DNA from: Mesotaenium endlicherianum
Taxonomy: Eukaryota
Assembly: GCA_009602735.1 (NCBI GenBank)
Contig: WELA01000805.1
Coordinates: 640,387-678,165 of the forward strand
Reading direction: 5' to 3'
DNA length: 37,779 bases
Below are positions 22,701 through 34,280 of the stretch, piece after piece. How positions within the stretch are numbered: the first letter of the stretch is position 1; each line of letters opens with the position of its first letter. Below the pieces are notes generated by a model, which saw only the letters and a program-made list of their open reading frames with translations, was not told the DNA's origin and ran no database searches. Both the position numbers and the translations under genes were made by a program.

Positions 22701-25700
22701 CTGCGGCCGTTACCGGGGGCGTCGGCGGCGGCTTGCTTGATGGCGTGGGCGTACCATCTGGCAGCGGGAGTCAGAACGTGTCCCTGCCACGCGCAGCACA
22801 AATATCGCCTGGCGACATTGAGGCCATGCTGCCGCCGCCGCCGCCAGGTGGTGCCCGGAATGGGTGGCAGCGAGGTCGCGGCGCCGCATCAGGCGCGGCG
22901 ATCGCGCTGGCTGTTGCGGCTGCTCCCCCTTCTCTTCCCTTGTCTGGCGCCAGCACTGCAGCCTTTGCCTCAGGCCCCGAGCTGGCGGCTGCCTTCACTC
23001 AGGGAAGTTATTCCCACTACAGCGCGGGCGCGGGAAGTGTCTCTCTGCCAGCTGGCAGAGCCAGTCAACAGCAAGCGGGGGAGCTCGACAACCGCGGTCA
23101 ACTCGGTGGTCAAGCGGGTGGACCCTCCCGGTCCCAGCACCAGCCCAAAGCTCAAGCGCAAGTCTCCAACTGGCACTACTTCACGACCAATCAGGGCCGT
23201 GCATCACCCCTGCAGGAAGTCGTTGTGCAGCCTGCTCCGCCGGTTTCGACCTCCAATGGGAGCGCTCCGCCGGGCGTCGGAGCAGGCCAGTCGGCCTTCT
23301 TGGTTGTGCCGGGCAGCGCCAGCAAGGCAGCTCCCGCGTTCCCGATGCCGGCCACCGGAGTGGCGCCTGGAGCTGCTGCAGGTCAGCATCCATTTTCTCC
23401 CATAAGAGTTTTTTCTTGCTTGGCGTGTTCCTCTGACTTCTCCTTTTACTTAGATCGTCCCTAGCAGCCGGTACCTGTCTCGCCCGTCCCGGGCATGCTC
23501 GGAAATGATGAGGGGTCGGCACCATCCAGCTTGCACCTTATAATATAGGGTACGGGAAGATTTCAGTGTATAGCAGCAGAGTAGAACTGAAGAGCTCGCG
23601 CAAGTGGTTTAAGGCCTGCAGTAGCAGGAATTTCTGAGGGACCCCTTCAATTTGTGCCATGTGCCCATGCACGGTTATGCAAAGGTTAAAGTAGCGCACG
23701 GTGTGACATGTGGCATTCAAAAGGATGCGGCGCCCGCCAGCCAGAGCCGTGCCCCCTCCGCGACCTGGGGCTGTCTGGTGTCAGCGCTGATGCAAGCGAG
23801 GGTAGGGGACCCGAAAGGATGAGGAAGCCGTGTCAGATCGGGGAGCTGATGGGTCTACAGAGGATGAAGTTGCATGCGGCGTTCTCGACGTCTAGACAGC
23901 CCATTTGGGAGCAGATAGTGCGGGCTGGGAGGCGGGGGGGTTCGCTAGGTTGGGCCCTCACCCTCGTGCTGCTGCTGCTGCTCCTGAAGGGTGCGCTTGC
24001 CCACCTCTGTGGACCTATCAAAGCGGTGCTACTTGCCCACCCGGTCCATTGTGTGCGCTGGAAGTAGAGAAATCTTGATGACTACTGAGGATAAGTTAGG
24101 GCAGGCAGGAAGAGAGGGGGGAGGGGGGGTGGAGGGGGGGAGAGAATTCGGTCGGAAGAGATTGGACAGGCATCCCATGTGTCTGCTTCTGTTATAACTC
24201 TGTCTGGTAAAAATGTGTGGAACAGGTGCCCCTCCTTCAAGCCGGCGGAGGAAAGGAAGCAGCCAGGCTGCCGCCCCCTCTGTGCCGTCCGCGCAGCCCA
24301 CGATTGGCCGGAAGAGGAGCCTGCCTGCAGTACTGCCAGGTGGCAATCTGGCCAGGCCTGGGCAGATGCGGCGGGCCAGCTCAGAACCGCAACAGCTGGC
24401 TGCAGAGCAGCAGACTGGCGTGCCACCTGGCGAGCCTGTCAGCACCTGGCAAGGCATCGGAAGTGTAACAGGTGGCGGCGGCGGAACTGGGCTGCAGCAA
24501 GGGGGGCTGCATCCCGCAGAGTCATTAGATGACCGACACCTGTCCCTGCAGAGCGAGCCTTCAGGACACCTGGCTGTTCTAGCAACATCGAACACACAGC
24601 AACAGCAGCCGCAGCAGCAGCAGCAGCAACAGCAGCAGGAGGAGGAGGAGGTGGCTGCCAAAGAAAGCGAGGGCAGAAGGCGCATTGCAGAGGAGGGTGG
24701 AGGCAATCAGAGTCCAGTTTCCGACGCTGCAAGCCTGATGGAGACGGCGCCAGGTGGTGGCAGCGGCAGCGTGCGCAGCAACGGTGCCCCAGATGGCTCA
24801 AGGAGCCAAGCCTATGACAACGGGGAGGAGGCGCCTGAAGGAGCATGGGGAGGTGGAGGCACGGGACAAAAGCAACAGGTGGCAGCGCATTTGAGCTCGA
24901 ACGTTAACAGGGGAGGAGCACAAGTGGCGCCTGGTGAGTCGGCGAGTGCGGAGGGGGGGAGCAGCCCCCCCAGGATTGACATCACCCGGCGCACGCGGCC
25001 AGGTATGGTCGAGGCACGCCTGGCAGCATCTGCTGCGTATAACTGCCTGCCTGCACTTGTCTCCTCGCGCCGTCTGATCGCGCCTGGAGACGATCTCGGC
25101 CACTCAACTTGGGCCCCAGCTAAATGCGTTTGGGCGCAGATGAATCGGATGGCAGTGGACAGGTGAGATTCTGGGAACGGGAGGGCAAGGGGAGGTGGAG
25201 GGGGTCCAGAAAAGGGGAGGGAGATTCTTGGCATGATATATGAAAACCACAAGCCGATAGAAATTCACTCATGCCCGCGGCCTCATGCACGTCGTTCTCT
25301 TTTGTCGTCCTGACATAGTCTGCCATGGACTGTATGAAAGTTATGCCACAGAAGAGACAAAATGGATGAACGCAAGCAACGATGGCCTTGAATGGGGTTC
25401 CTCCAAGGTGGTGCTGGGAGGTGCAGGCCGAGCTAGCTGCAGGCCTCTCCTTGCAATTGAGTGGAAAATTTCACTCTGTTTCCCTCCTGCTTCCCACTTC
25501 AGGCGTTTTCATGTGCTTAGCACTATTCACTTCTTCATACTTATATATGTATACACGTAGATAGGAACATATATGTATGTATGTGCGTCTATACATCCCT
25601 GCAATCGATTGTTTTGAACAGTTATGGATCTTCTGTAGCATTCCTCCCCCAGCACCAGTGCCTGCCGTGCGTAGGTCAACTATTTTGCTTCTCAATCATT

Positions 25701-26610
25701 TCCCACTCCCGCACTCCGCCCCTCTATGTGTGTACACGTGGATGCCTGGGAATGCGCCACCTGGACAGAGCTCTTCTGGAATGAGGCGAGCCTGCGCAAG
25801 AGCGCTTCCGAGATCCTAAGCCAGCCAGACATCGCCGACGATATCCAGCAGCTCCTGGAGAGCCCTGCAGGTGTGAACATGGGCGGCTTGACAGGCCAGT
25901 TCGGGCTCACTGCAGATTCAATGAACATGGTCACCTCCGGGGCGTCCACATTCAATGCTCCCAGTCCCAGGTTCTCCCTGGGGCCCCTTGGCTCCCTGGG
26001 CGGAATCTTTGGCAGCGCAGGGGCGGGTGGATATGGGGAGGCTGGAGGGGGGAGTAGGGCCGCTTCGACGGGGGGTGGGCAGATCGGGTGGGACTTTTGG
26101 AACTCTCTGCCCCAGGGCGCGTTCTCACCAGGCCCTTTTTCGCCCTTTGGAATCGGCTCGTATGGCGCACTGACTGGAGGGACCCACCTGGCAGCAGCTT
26201 CCAGGCTGTCTCCTGCCACAGCTGGCAACAACGACTTTGGCTCTTCACAGGCCGACACCCAGCCAGACGGTACAGGTGGCAACGCCTCGAGAGATGGCGT
26301 GAGCTGTGGGGTCCCCGAGGGGGCTGAGGGCAGCGAGGGCGACCGTGCAGCCTGGAGTCCTAGTCAGCAGCAGAGCAAGCAAGGAGAGCCAACGGCTGGT
26401 GTGTGCCAGCTGGCGGATGACGAGTGGCGAGGCGGCGAAGATGCGGCTGGCACTGAGCCACCGCAGGGCAGCATGTCGGCTCTCCTCGGAACGTCTCCCA
26501 GCATGCTGAAACTGAAATCGGCCGTGAGGTGGGGGCTGTTCGTCCACAAGCGTGCGCAGGAGATGGCTGTCTGTCAGAGCAACGAGAGCTGCGCTGCAGA
26601 GACTTCCTAG
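16786..26610 (+). CDS. CBP60: CBP60-family calmodulin-binding transcription factor, 11 exons, ~1259 aa
   Basis: Exons 16786-16859 (tentative first exon, MTIPSDQ...KKPRPLS), 17817-17892 ([19 protein letters not shown]), 18565-18644, 18991-19203 ([16 protein letters not shown]), 19666-19903 ([11 protein letters not shown]...[13 protein letters not shown]), 20429-20600 ([15 protein letters not shown]...[17 protein letters not shown]), 20809-20969 ([17 protein letters not shown]), 21598-21801 ([16 protein letters not shown]...[12 protein letters not shown]), 22439-23381 ([14 protein letters not shown]), 24226-25002, 25769-26610 (DIQQLL...[19 protein letters not shown]-terminal CaM-binding motif). 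Total 3780 nt, in frame. Confidence 0.95.
21487..21586 (+). repeat. (CCTGGCT)n 7-bp minisatellite just upstream of a CBP60 3' splice site
   Basis: About a dozen ctcctgg-like units ending next to ttggcag|21598. Confidence 0.85.
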
Positions 26611-27819
26611 GGCCAGCAATGAGGATGCTTCGACTCTTCTTGAGGGTTGAACTTAGTGTTTGGTTGCAGTTTGGACATCGCGTGAGTAGTGTGTGTATGT
26701 GTAATAAGTGGTGATGGCGTGCTAGTATTGGGCAATCAGCTCTGTAGAAGTTCGATTACAGCTAAAACTAGTGGTCACTCATCTTGGTACGATTTAGCTA
26801 GTGCATCAAGTGAAGGAGATATACTAAATTTCGGGGAAAAAGGGCAAGCCTTTAGTCTTCTTTGTATATATATGCCTTCTCGATAACACGGAGGTCTAAA
26901 TATTGCTGCGAGGACCCAATGACTAGATGGGGTATTGAGTTCAAATTGCAGGCACCGATTGCGAAGCATGTGCAGTTTTTGGAGCTTGCTATTCCTTGAA
27001 GCATTTTCTTGTTACTAATGAGGTTCCCCTATGTGTCACACAGGAAGTACATGTTAAACGGGTGTAGATACAAACGTATATTCTGTATACTGCTGTAATT
27101 TATGCTTCGTGCCACATTGGACAATAAGTGACATGCAGACCCGTATGCTTCGCTCTCCTTGATATATTGATGCACCTGAACACCAGCACCTTTCTGCTCG
27201 CCTCCAGTGTGAAGTGGTGTTACACTGACATAGAGAACTGACATAGAGAACAGCTGCATGTGGGCCTCTTCGTCATAACAATACCGGAAAGCCTCACTGT
27301 CATCTACGAAACACCGTTGAAACAGTTCACGTCTTATGGCTGCTCTTTGACCGCCTTTCGTGTTGGTGAAATATAGTTGACCATTTCCTTCTTACTGCGA
27401 AACACGATCTGCTCTCAAAGCTTTTGTATTGTGGCAAAGTCTGCCCTGGCTGACAATTTGCGCCCCCCAGTAGCTTTGATGTATCCTTTAAGATCAAAGC
27501 TAATTACCACAGATTACAGCACGTTCGACAGCAACAACCGCCACGGTCCTGGTAAACGCACAGAAAAGTACTGCAAGGAGAGCGGGGCCAAAGCAATCGT
27601 AAAAAGCATCGAAAATTAATCAGCATTGAAATCACGGCTACGAGTACATTCAGTATATATTTGCTGCAGTAAACGCTTACATTACTGAAGAGTACTTTTC
27701 TCCTGGGGACCTCATTGGATACAACAGTTAGCTGCTTTTAAAGAATTCGCAGCTGAATAGGTTGAGTTAGGAGCAGGTCTTTCTGTCCTCCTTGTCTGAA
27801 TTAAACGACCAGAATCAAG

Positions 27820-30800
27820 ATGCACGGCAGGCCAAGAGTTGCGAAAGGGGCAAAGGTTGACAGTCACAAGCAGGAAGAGGCTAAGAAGAAAGCCTCTCTC
27901 TATGCTCAGTTGCAAGCAGGAGTACTGAAGAGTCACCAGGAGAAAAGGTACGTCGTGTTTTGCAGCCCCCAGCTGCCGCAGCCTGCAGAGGAAGTGGAGA
28001 ATTATGGTTCTGCAGCACATTATTCTTTCCTGCTTTCTCTGTAAAGCCTAGAGGTCAGCATCTGCTGGCCAGTCCTGCCTATGGCGTGTGTTTGTATGAA
28101 ATGCATGGCACATGCCACACGATCGACGCAATGGGAGATTATTTTGAGCACTAGCTGATCCAGATCATATGCTACTCACACAAAACGTTCACAACTTATG
28201 TACTGGAGATGCTGGCGCTTGAATTGGGAACATTTGAAAACCCGGTTACTAAGTCCTGGAGTAGCTGAGAAAATGGATGGCAAGTAACTCAGTCTGCCCT
28301 CAGCTCCCACACGGTTTTGCATAGTGGACAAGGTCTTGTTCACATTGAGTGAAACTGCAGATCGAGACTATTCAGGCATCTTGTACCCCTCGTCCAATAA
28401 TCATGCCCACTTGATCCGCCTCTTACAGCTCCCAGCTCCCAGTCGCACGCCCTCATTGATGTCGTTGATGGGAAGAATACAAGCAGATACTCATGAGCAG
28501 CCTGTCCTCACCAAGTCCGCATGCCTTGGGATGATTGCACGAGTCTGACTGTGCGGAGCAAGATTGTGGCCCAAAACGAGTGAGGCCTCCAACCAGTTCC
28601 ATTGTGGCCCAAAACGAGGCTGCGTCTCTGCCTGGAGTTGGGTTTGGGGTTTTTGACTTGTAAGGGAGATGCACGGTGAGTGTTTTCAGCTCGGGCTCTG
28701 TCTCAGGATATGAAACTTTGGGGTATGAACTGGTATGGTGTTTCTGTGACACGACTACTCCCTTGCTGACTGTGTCATTGAACTGAGGGATGAGAGGAAT
28801 AAGTGGATGTCACCGCGCACTGAGAGGAAGCCAGGTTGGCGGACTGAATGTGCGCGTGCGTGTGCCTGACAAGCCAGCTGGTCGATGATCGTCTGCTGGT
28901 GCTTCTTGGAGTGGTCCACGTGAGCGTTGACTTCCTGGCTGAGCAAGCGTTGTCACTTACCGCATAGGGACTGGGGCTGGCTGGTCAAAGGGCCGCTATG
29001 TGTGGCGGGGTGGGGGCATCACCCCGAGCTCAAGCAGGGTAGAAGCGTGTACTGCATCCATTACAGCATGGTCGCCCCTTGAGCTGATGTTGATTCACTA
29101 CCGAAGTGTCGCGACAGAAGCGCCACCCATCAGCTTGCGTCAAAGGCCTCCAGCATGTCTTTTGATGTATCAGGGAGTCAGTACTAAGGCCTGGGGTCGG
29201 TGTGGACACGTGGCAGTTACGGGGAGGACGACATGCGGAGGTGCGTGCGGCTGCTGGAGCTCAACCCTGACGTGTACACAGCCTGGAACTACCGGAAGCT
29301 CGCGGTGCGCCACCTGGCAGCGCAAGCCGCTGACGCGGCGGCGAAGCAGGTGCTGGTCGACACGGAGCTCCGCCTGGTAAGCGAGCTGGCGGGCGGCAGA
29401 GACTGTTCTGCTGCCTTCCATACAGCATGTGTGGACTAGTATGAGCGAATTTGAATTAGCGGAAACTTCGTCTCACGTTGTGATCTCTTACTTCATCAGT
29501 TTGGCTGTAGAGCGCGAGAGGACCAGAGGCAGGCGCAGGGGGGCCCTCCCTTCTAGCCTTACTCTTCCATGCCCCCCGCCCCTCTGCAGGTGGCATTACA
29601 ACGGCGGTGCTGGACTGCAGGCAGTCCCCGCCAGCTGGTTCCCCTGTGCTTGTCAGCTCCACTCTCTCCTTGTGTAAAACTTCCACCATGTACCCGTAGC
29701 AAAATATAACGCTCAATTAGTGCACGTGTGGTAGTCCTACTACCACTCTGCCGCCGACTCACACACGGGATTCATCTGCCGGCCCTCTGGAACCCCTCCC
29801 CCCACACCACCCACCCTCTCACCCACACCCCCCCNNNNNNNNNNNNNNNNNNNNNCCGCCCCCCCCCGCTCCTTCTCCTCTCCCTCTTCCTCCCGCGCAC
29901 CCCTTCTCTCTCCATCAACTCTGGGCTCCTCCTCTCGCTCCCTCCCTGGCAGGTTGCAGGCGACCCATGGAGCTGAAGCGCAGTCCCTAGCTCTCTCTCC
30001 TCAAACTCTGCGCCACGTCGCTCGCTCTTCCTCTGCGGCAGGTGATAGCGGCGCTGAAGCGCAACCCCAAGGCATACGGCGCGTGGTACCACCGCAAGTG
30101 GGTGCTGGCGCTGGGGCTCACGGGGGGGGCGGCAGCGGCGGAGCAGGAGCTGCGCCTGCTGCGCCACCTGCTGCAGCTGGACCCGCGCAACTTCCACGCC
30201 TGGGACTACCGCCGGTGCTCTTCCCCCCCTCCCTCCCTCTGTCCCTCCCTCCCTCTCTTTCCCCACCCTACTTCCCGATCCCCCTTCCCAGCTCCCCCTC
30301 CCCTCCGCGCAGCTGAGTTCTGTTATAGATGCCTTAGTGCGAAACTTGACATCAGGATGCTGGCCCTCTCCGAAGAAGCCCCCCCCGTGCCCCCACCTCT
30401 TTTCACCTTCTTCCTTTCCCTGTACCCGATCGAGCTCCTCACCCGCAGTCCTCTTCTTCCTCTTCAGCCCTGCACCCTCCCGACTGCCGCAGCAAAGAGC
30501 CTGCCATCGTTCTGTGATTCCCAGGTGTCAGACTACAAGCGTGCGACTCTGCTGCCCGCTGGAACCTTCTCCTAGTGTGACTGCAGCAGCGCAAGTAACA
30601 GAGGCATTCGTGCAGGAATGCAGCCGGGCTGCTATACTAATCCCACCACTCTTTGGAGAGCTATCTGCTGGCTGATGGCTGCTGGCTGCTGCTACTGGCT
30701 TGGTCATTTCCAGGAAGAACAACCAACAGCCTGCTCACCTTCGCCACCCGGGCGGCCCCTTTTTTCCTCTTCTTTGGGTGGGGAGGGCGGGGGTGTCCAT

Positions 30801-33800
30801 GCCCGCACGCGCGCACACGCGCACGCAACGCAACACGTGGCGCATGCAGGTTTGTGGTGAGCCTCCAGGGAGCTGCAACCTCTGGGGAAAGCCACCCGCC
30901 CGCCTCCCACCTGGCAGGGACGGGCGGCGCAGCAGCCCCGTTGCAGCGGCTGCAGGAGCAGGAGCTGCGGCAGGAGCTGGAGTTCACGGACGAGAAGATC
31001 AACGAGAACTTCTCCAACTACTCCGCCTGGCACTACCGCAGGTATGGCCCGCAGAAGTCCACGCCTGCCGCGCTGCGAGCTGAGCTGGCCAGCCTGCCCG
31101 CCAGCCTGGCCAGCCAGCCAGCCAGCCAGCCAGTCGGCCGGCCGGCTGGCTTGGGATGGACGGCTGGTCCATTCTCCTCAAGAAACAGGGAGGGGGAGGG
31201 CACCAAGGGGGGGAAGGGCAGGTGCCGCATGCAGGGGGCTGTGCAGAGTAGCTGCTTCTGCCTCGCGGTTCAGGGCTCCAGTCCCAGGGACGGGGAGCTG
31301 TTGGGGCTGGAGAGGCACGCAATCGGGGGTGTCACACCATCCCAAAGTGAAAAGCCAGCCGGTTTATGTCGTGCAGCTCACGTACGAGGGTTGGAGCCGG
31401 GGGGGAAGGGCGGGGGAGGAGGGCTTTGGCCGGAGTGTGAGCGAGAGGGGGTAGTCCAAGCGGAGGCGGGCCCTGTGTCCCAAGGAGGAGTCTCCTTCTT
31501 TGAGGTAGAGATGGGAACAGGGATGGCGCTGCTCAGCGGCTCCCGGGGCGCTTCGTTCCACTGCGTGTGCCATAAGGGGTGCTTAGCTTGTTGCATGGCC
31601 TTTGTGTGCTACTGTCGTCGCGCTTGCACGTCTCCCCTGCCAGTTGCGGCGAGGTGGCAAAGTCGGGCGGCAACGAGGGAGGGGGGGCGTTGTTTGGCTG
31701 TCAGTGGTTGCGCGGCTACAACTGGCTTGCTGCGATGTCAACCCTCCAAGTTCAAAAAGCCCTGCGCGTGGGCGCTCTCCTCCTACGCTTGCGCAAAGGC
31801 GCAGCCTGGCTGCGCCCTTTTTGGCCCCTACGTTCTAAAAACTGCTCCCATTCAAGGGGCTCGCTCAATAACTCTATCACTCTCTCTCTTCCTCCTCTCT
31901 CTTTGTCCCCTCTCTTTCGTTCTCTCTTTCTGGTGTTCTCTCGAGCTCCTCTGCTTCCTTTGCCCTTCCAGCTCGCTGCTGACGGAGCGCCTCCAGCGAG
32001 ACACCAGCGAGGCCAGTCGGTGCCGCCAGCTGGCGGACGAGTTTGAGCTGGTGCGGCAGGCGTTCTTCACGGCGCCGTCGGACCAGAGTGCCTGGCTGTA
32101 CTACACCTGGCTGCTTGCCCAGGCCCTCCCCTCCCCAGCTCCCTCCCCCGCCCCCAACCCCTCCCCCTCTCCGAACCCCTCCGCCTTGCGCCAGCTGGCA
32201 TCTGCAGCACTGGCAGGCCCGCCTGCGATGCTTGCTCCCCCAGAGAAGACACGGGGGGAGCTGCAGGAAGAGCACAAGGAGGGTGGGGAGGAGCAGGAGG
32301 AAGGGGGCGGAGACATTACTGCTGGTTCCGCTGCTACTGCTGCTGGAACTGCTGGAGAGCAGAGCACGATGATGGGAGGGACAGTGGCCAACGGCGCGTG
32401 GGTTGGAGATGACTCGGCAGATGGTGGATGGCGGGCGGGAGGGGGCGCAGCAGCAGGAGCACATCAGGGAGCAGGCTCTGCTGGGCGCGAGAGCGAGGGT
32501 GGGAGTGGGAGTGGAAAGGAGAGTGAGACAGTAAGGGCGTGGCGGGTGGCGCTGCTGGAGGACGAGGTGGCATCGTGCCGGGAGCTCCTGGACCTCGAGC
32601 CCGATAGGTGGGTGTGGGCATGGGTGTGCACGTGCTTGTGGGGGTCTTCTGCTGCTGCTCTGCTTCTCTGCCTCTCTGCTGCTCCTGCTGTTCTGCAGCT
32701 GCTGCAAGCAACAGACGCCCTCTGCCTTGCTGAAGCATTGTCGTGCTATTTTGACTTCTTCTCCTGGTTGCCGGTCGCGGTGAGAAAGAAACAGCTCTCC
32801 AGTGTTGGTCTTCGTGCCGTTGAGTCGGTATATATTAATTCAACACTTCCTGCTACTTCTTTGAAAATTGATAACCCCGCAGTTTCAGCGTGCCCCTTTA
32901 CGCATTCTTTGCTCTCTTGCCACGTGCACGTGCGCATGTATGTGCGTGTGCTGGCGTGCGCGCGCATGCGCACTCGGGTAGTCAGCATCTGAGGAAGGAA
33001 GACGGGAACGGGGCATGCGTATTGGATCCTAGATGGTGGCCAGAGGGAGACAGTACAGCATGGCTAAGACTCTTCCTCTTGTTGTGCTTTGCTTGTGTTT
33101 CCTCTCTCTTTGATTGTTTACTTTGGGGTGGGGTGGGCTTTTTTTTGGGGGGAGGGGGGNCCTGCGATGCTTGCTCCCCCAGAGAAGACACGGGGGGAGC
33201 TGCAGGAAGAGCACAAGGAGGGTGGGGAGGAGCAGGAGGAAGGGGGCGGAGACATTACTGCTGGTTCCGCTGCTACTGCTGCTGGAACTGCTGGAGAGCA
33301 GAGCACGATGATGGGAGGGACAGTGGCCAACGGCGCGTGGGTTGGAGATGACTCGGCAGATGGTGGATGGCGGGCGGGAGGGGGCGCAGCAGCAGGAGCA
33401 CATCAGGGAGCAGGCTCTGCTGGGCGCGAGAGCGAGGGTGGGAGTGGGAGTGGAAAGGAGAGTGAGACAGTAAGGGCGTGGCGGGTGGCGCTGCTGGAGG
33501 ACGAGGTGGCATCGTGCCGGGAGCTCCTGGACCTCGAGCCCGATAGGTGGGTGTGGGCATGGGTGTGCACGTGCTTGTGGGGGTCTTCTGCTGCTGCTCT
33601 GCTTCTCTGCCTCTCTGCTGCTCCTGCTGTTCTGCAGCTGCTGCAAGCAACAGACGCCCTCTGCCTTGCTGAAGCATTGTCGTGCTATTTTGACTTCTTC
33701 TCCTGGTTGCCGGTCGCGGTGAGAAAGAAACAGCTCTCCAGTGTTGGTCTTCGTGCCGTTGAGTCGGTATATATTAATTCAACACTTCCTGCTACTTCTT

Positions 33801-34280
33801 TGAAAATTGATAACCCCGCAGTTTCAGCGTGCCCCTTTACGCATTCTTTGCTCTCTTGCCACGTGCACGTGCGCATGTATGTGCGTGTGCTGGCGTGCGC
33901 GCGCATGCGCACTCGGGTAGTCAGCATCTGAGGAAGGAAGACGGGAACGGGGCATGCGTATTGGATCCTAGATGGTGGCCAGAGGGAGACAGTACAGCAT
34001 GGCTAAGACTCTTCCTCTTGTTGTGCTTTGCTTGTGTTTCCTCTCTCTTTGATTGTTTACTTTGGGGTGGGGTGGGCTTTTTTTTGGGGGNCAAGCCGGC
34101 CTGCCAGGTGGCGACAGGGGAGGGAGCAGCGCCTCGGAAGTGGGCCGCCACTTGTCAGAAGTGCGGGACATCTATGCAAAGCTAGAGAGTCTGGACCCCG
34201 CACATGCAGGCTACTATCGGGATCTTATGGACCAGGTGCAGCCCGGGGAGGCGACACCTGGCGCAGCTCCTAGCACCTGA
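27820..34280 (+). CDS. RABGGTA: Rab geranylgeranyltransferase (type II) alpha subunit
   Basis: Exons 27820-27947 (MHGRPR... conserved N-terminus), 29217-29376 (LLELNPDVYTAWNYRK), 30042-30214 (LKRNPKAYGAWYHRKW...DPRNFHAWDYRR), 30850-31041 (ELEFTDEKINENFSNYSAWHYR), 31972-32607 (EFELVRQAFFTAPSDQSAWLYYTWLL...CRELLDLEPD). The last exon's start is lost at N34091 and it ends at 34280 (LESLDPAHAGYYRDL). These are PPTA prenyltransferase-alpha repeats. Confidence 0.93.
32222..34090 (+). repeat. Direct tandem duplication of ~930 bp (32222-33151 repeated at 33161-34090)
   Basis: The copies appear identical at offset 939 and the translations are identical. Each copy ends in a poly-G run followed by a single N (33160, 34091). 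Confidence 0.95.

Noticed and set aside
21334..22740. 468-aa ORF
   Set aside because: Only 21598-21801 is CBP60 coding in this frame; the rest is intron repeats or an off-frame reading of the next exon.
30653..32992. 779-aa plus-strand ORF
   Set aside because: It is two RabGGT-alpha exons joined by stop-free GC-rich intron sequence; the splice sites at 31041 and 31972 explain it.
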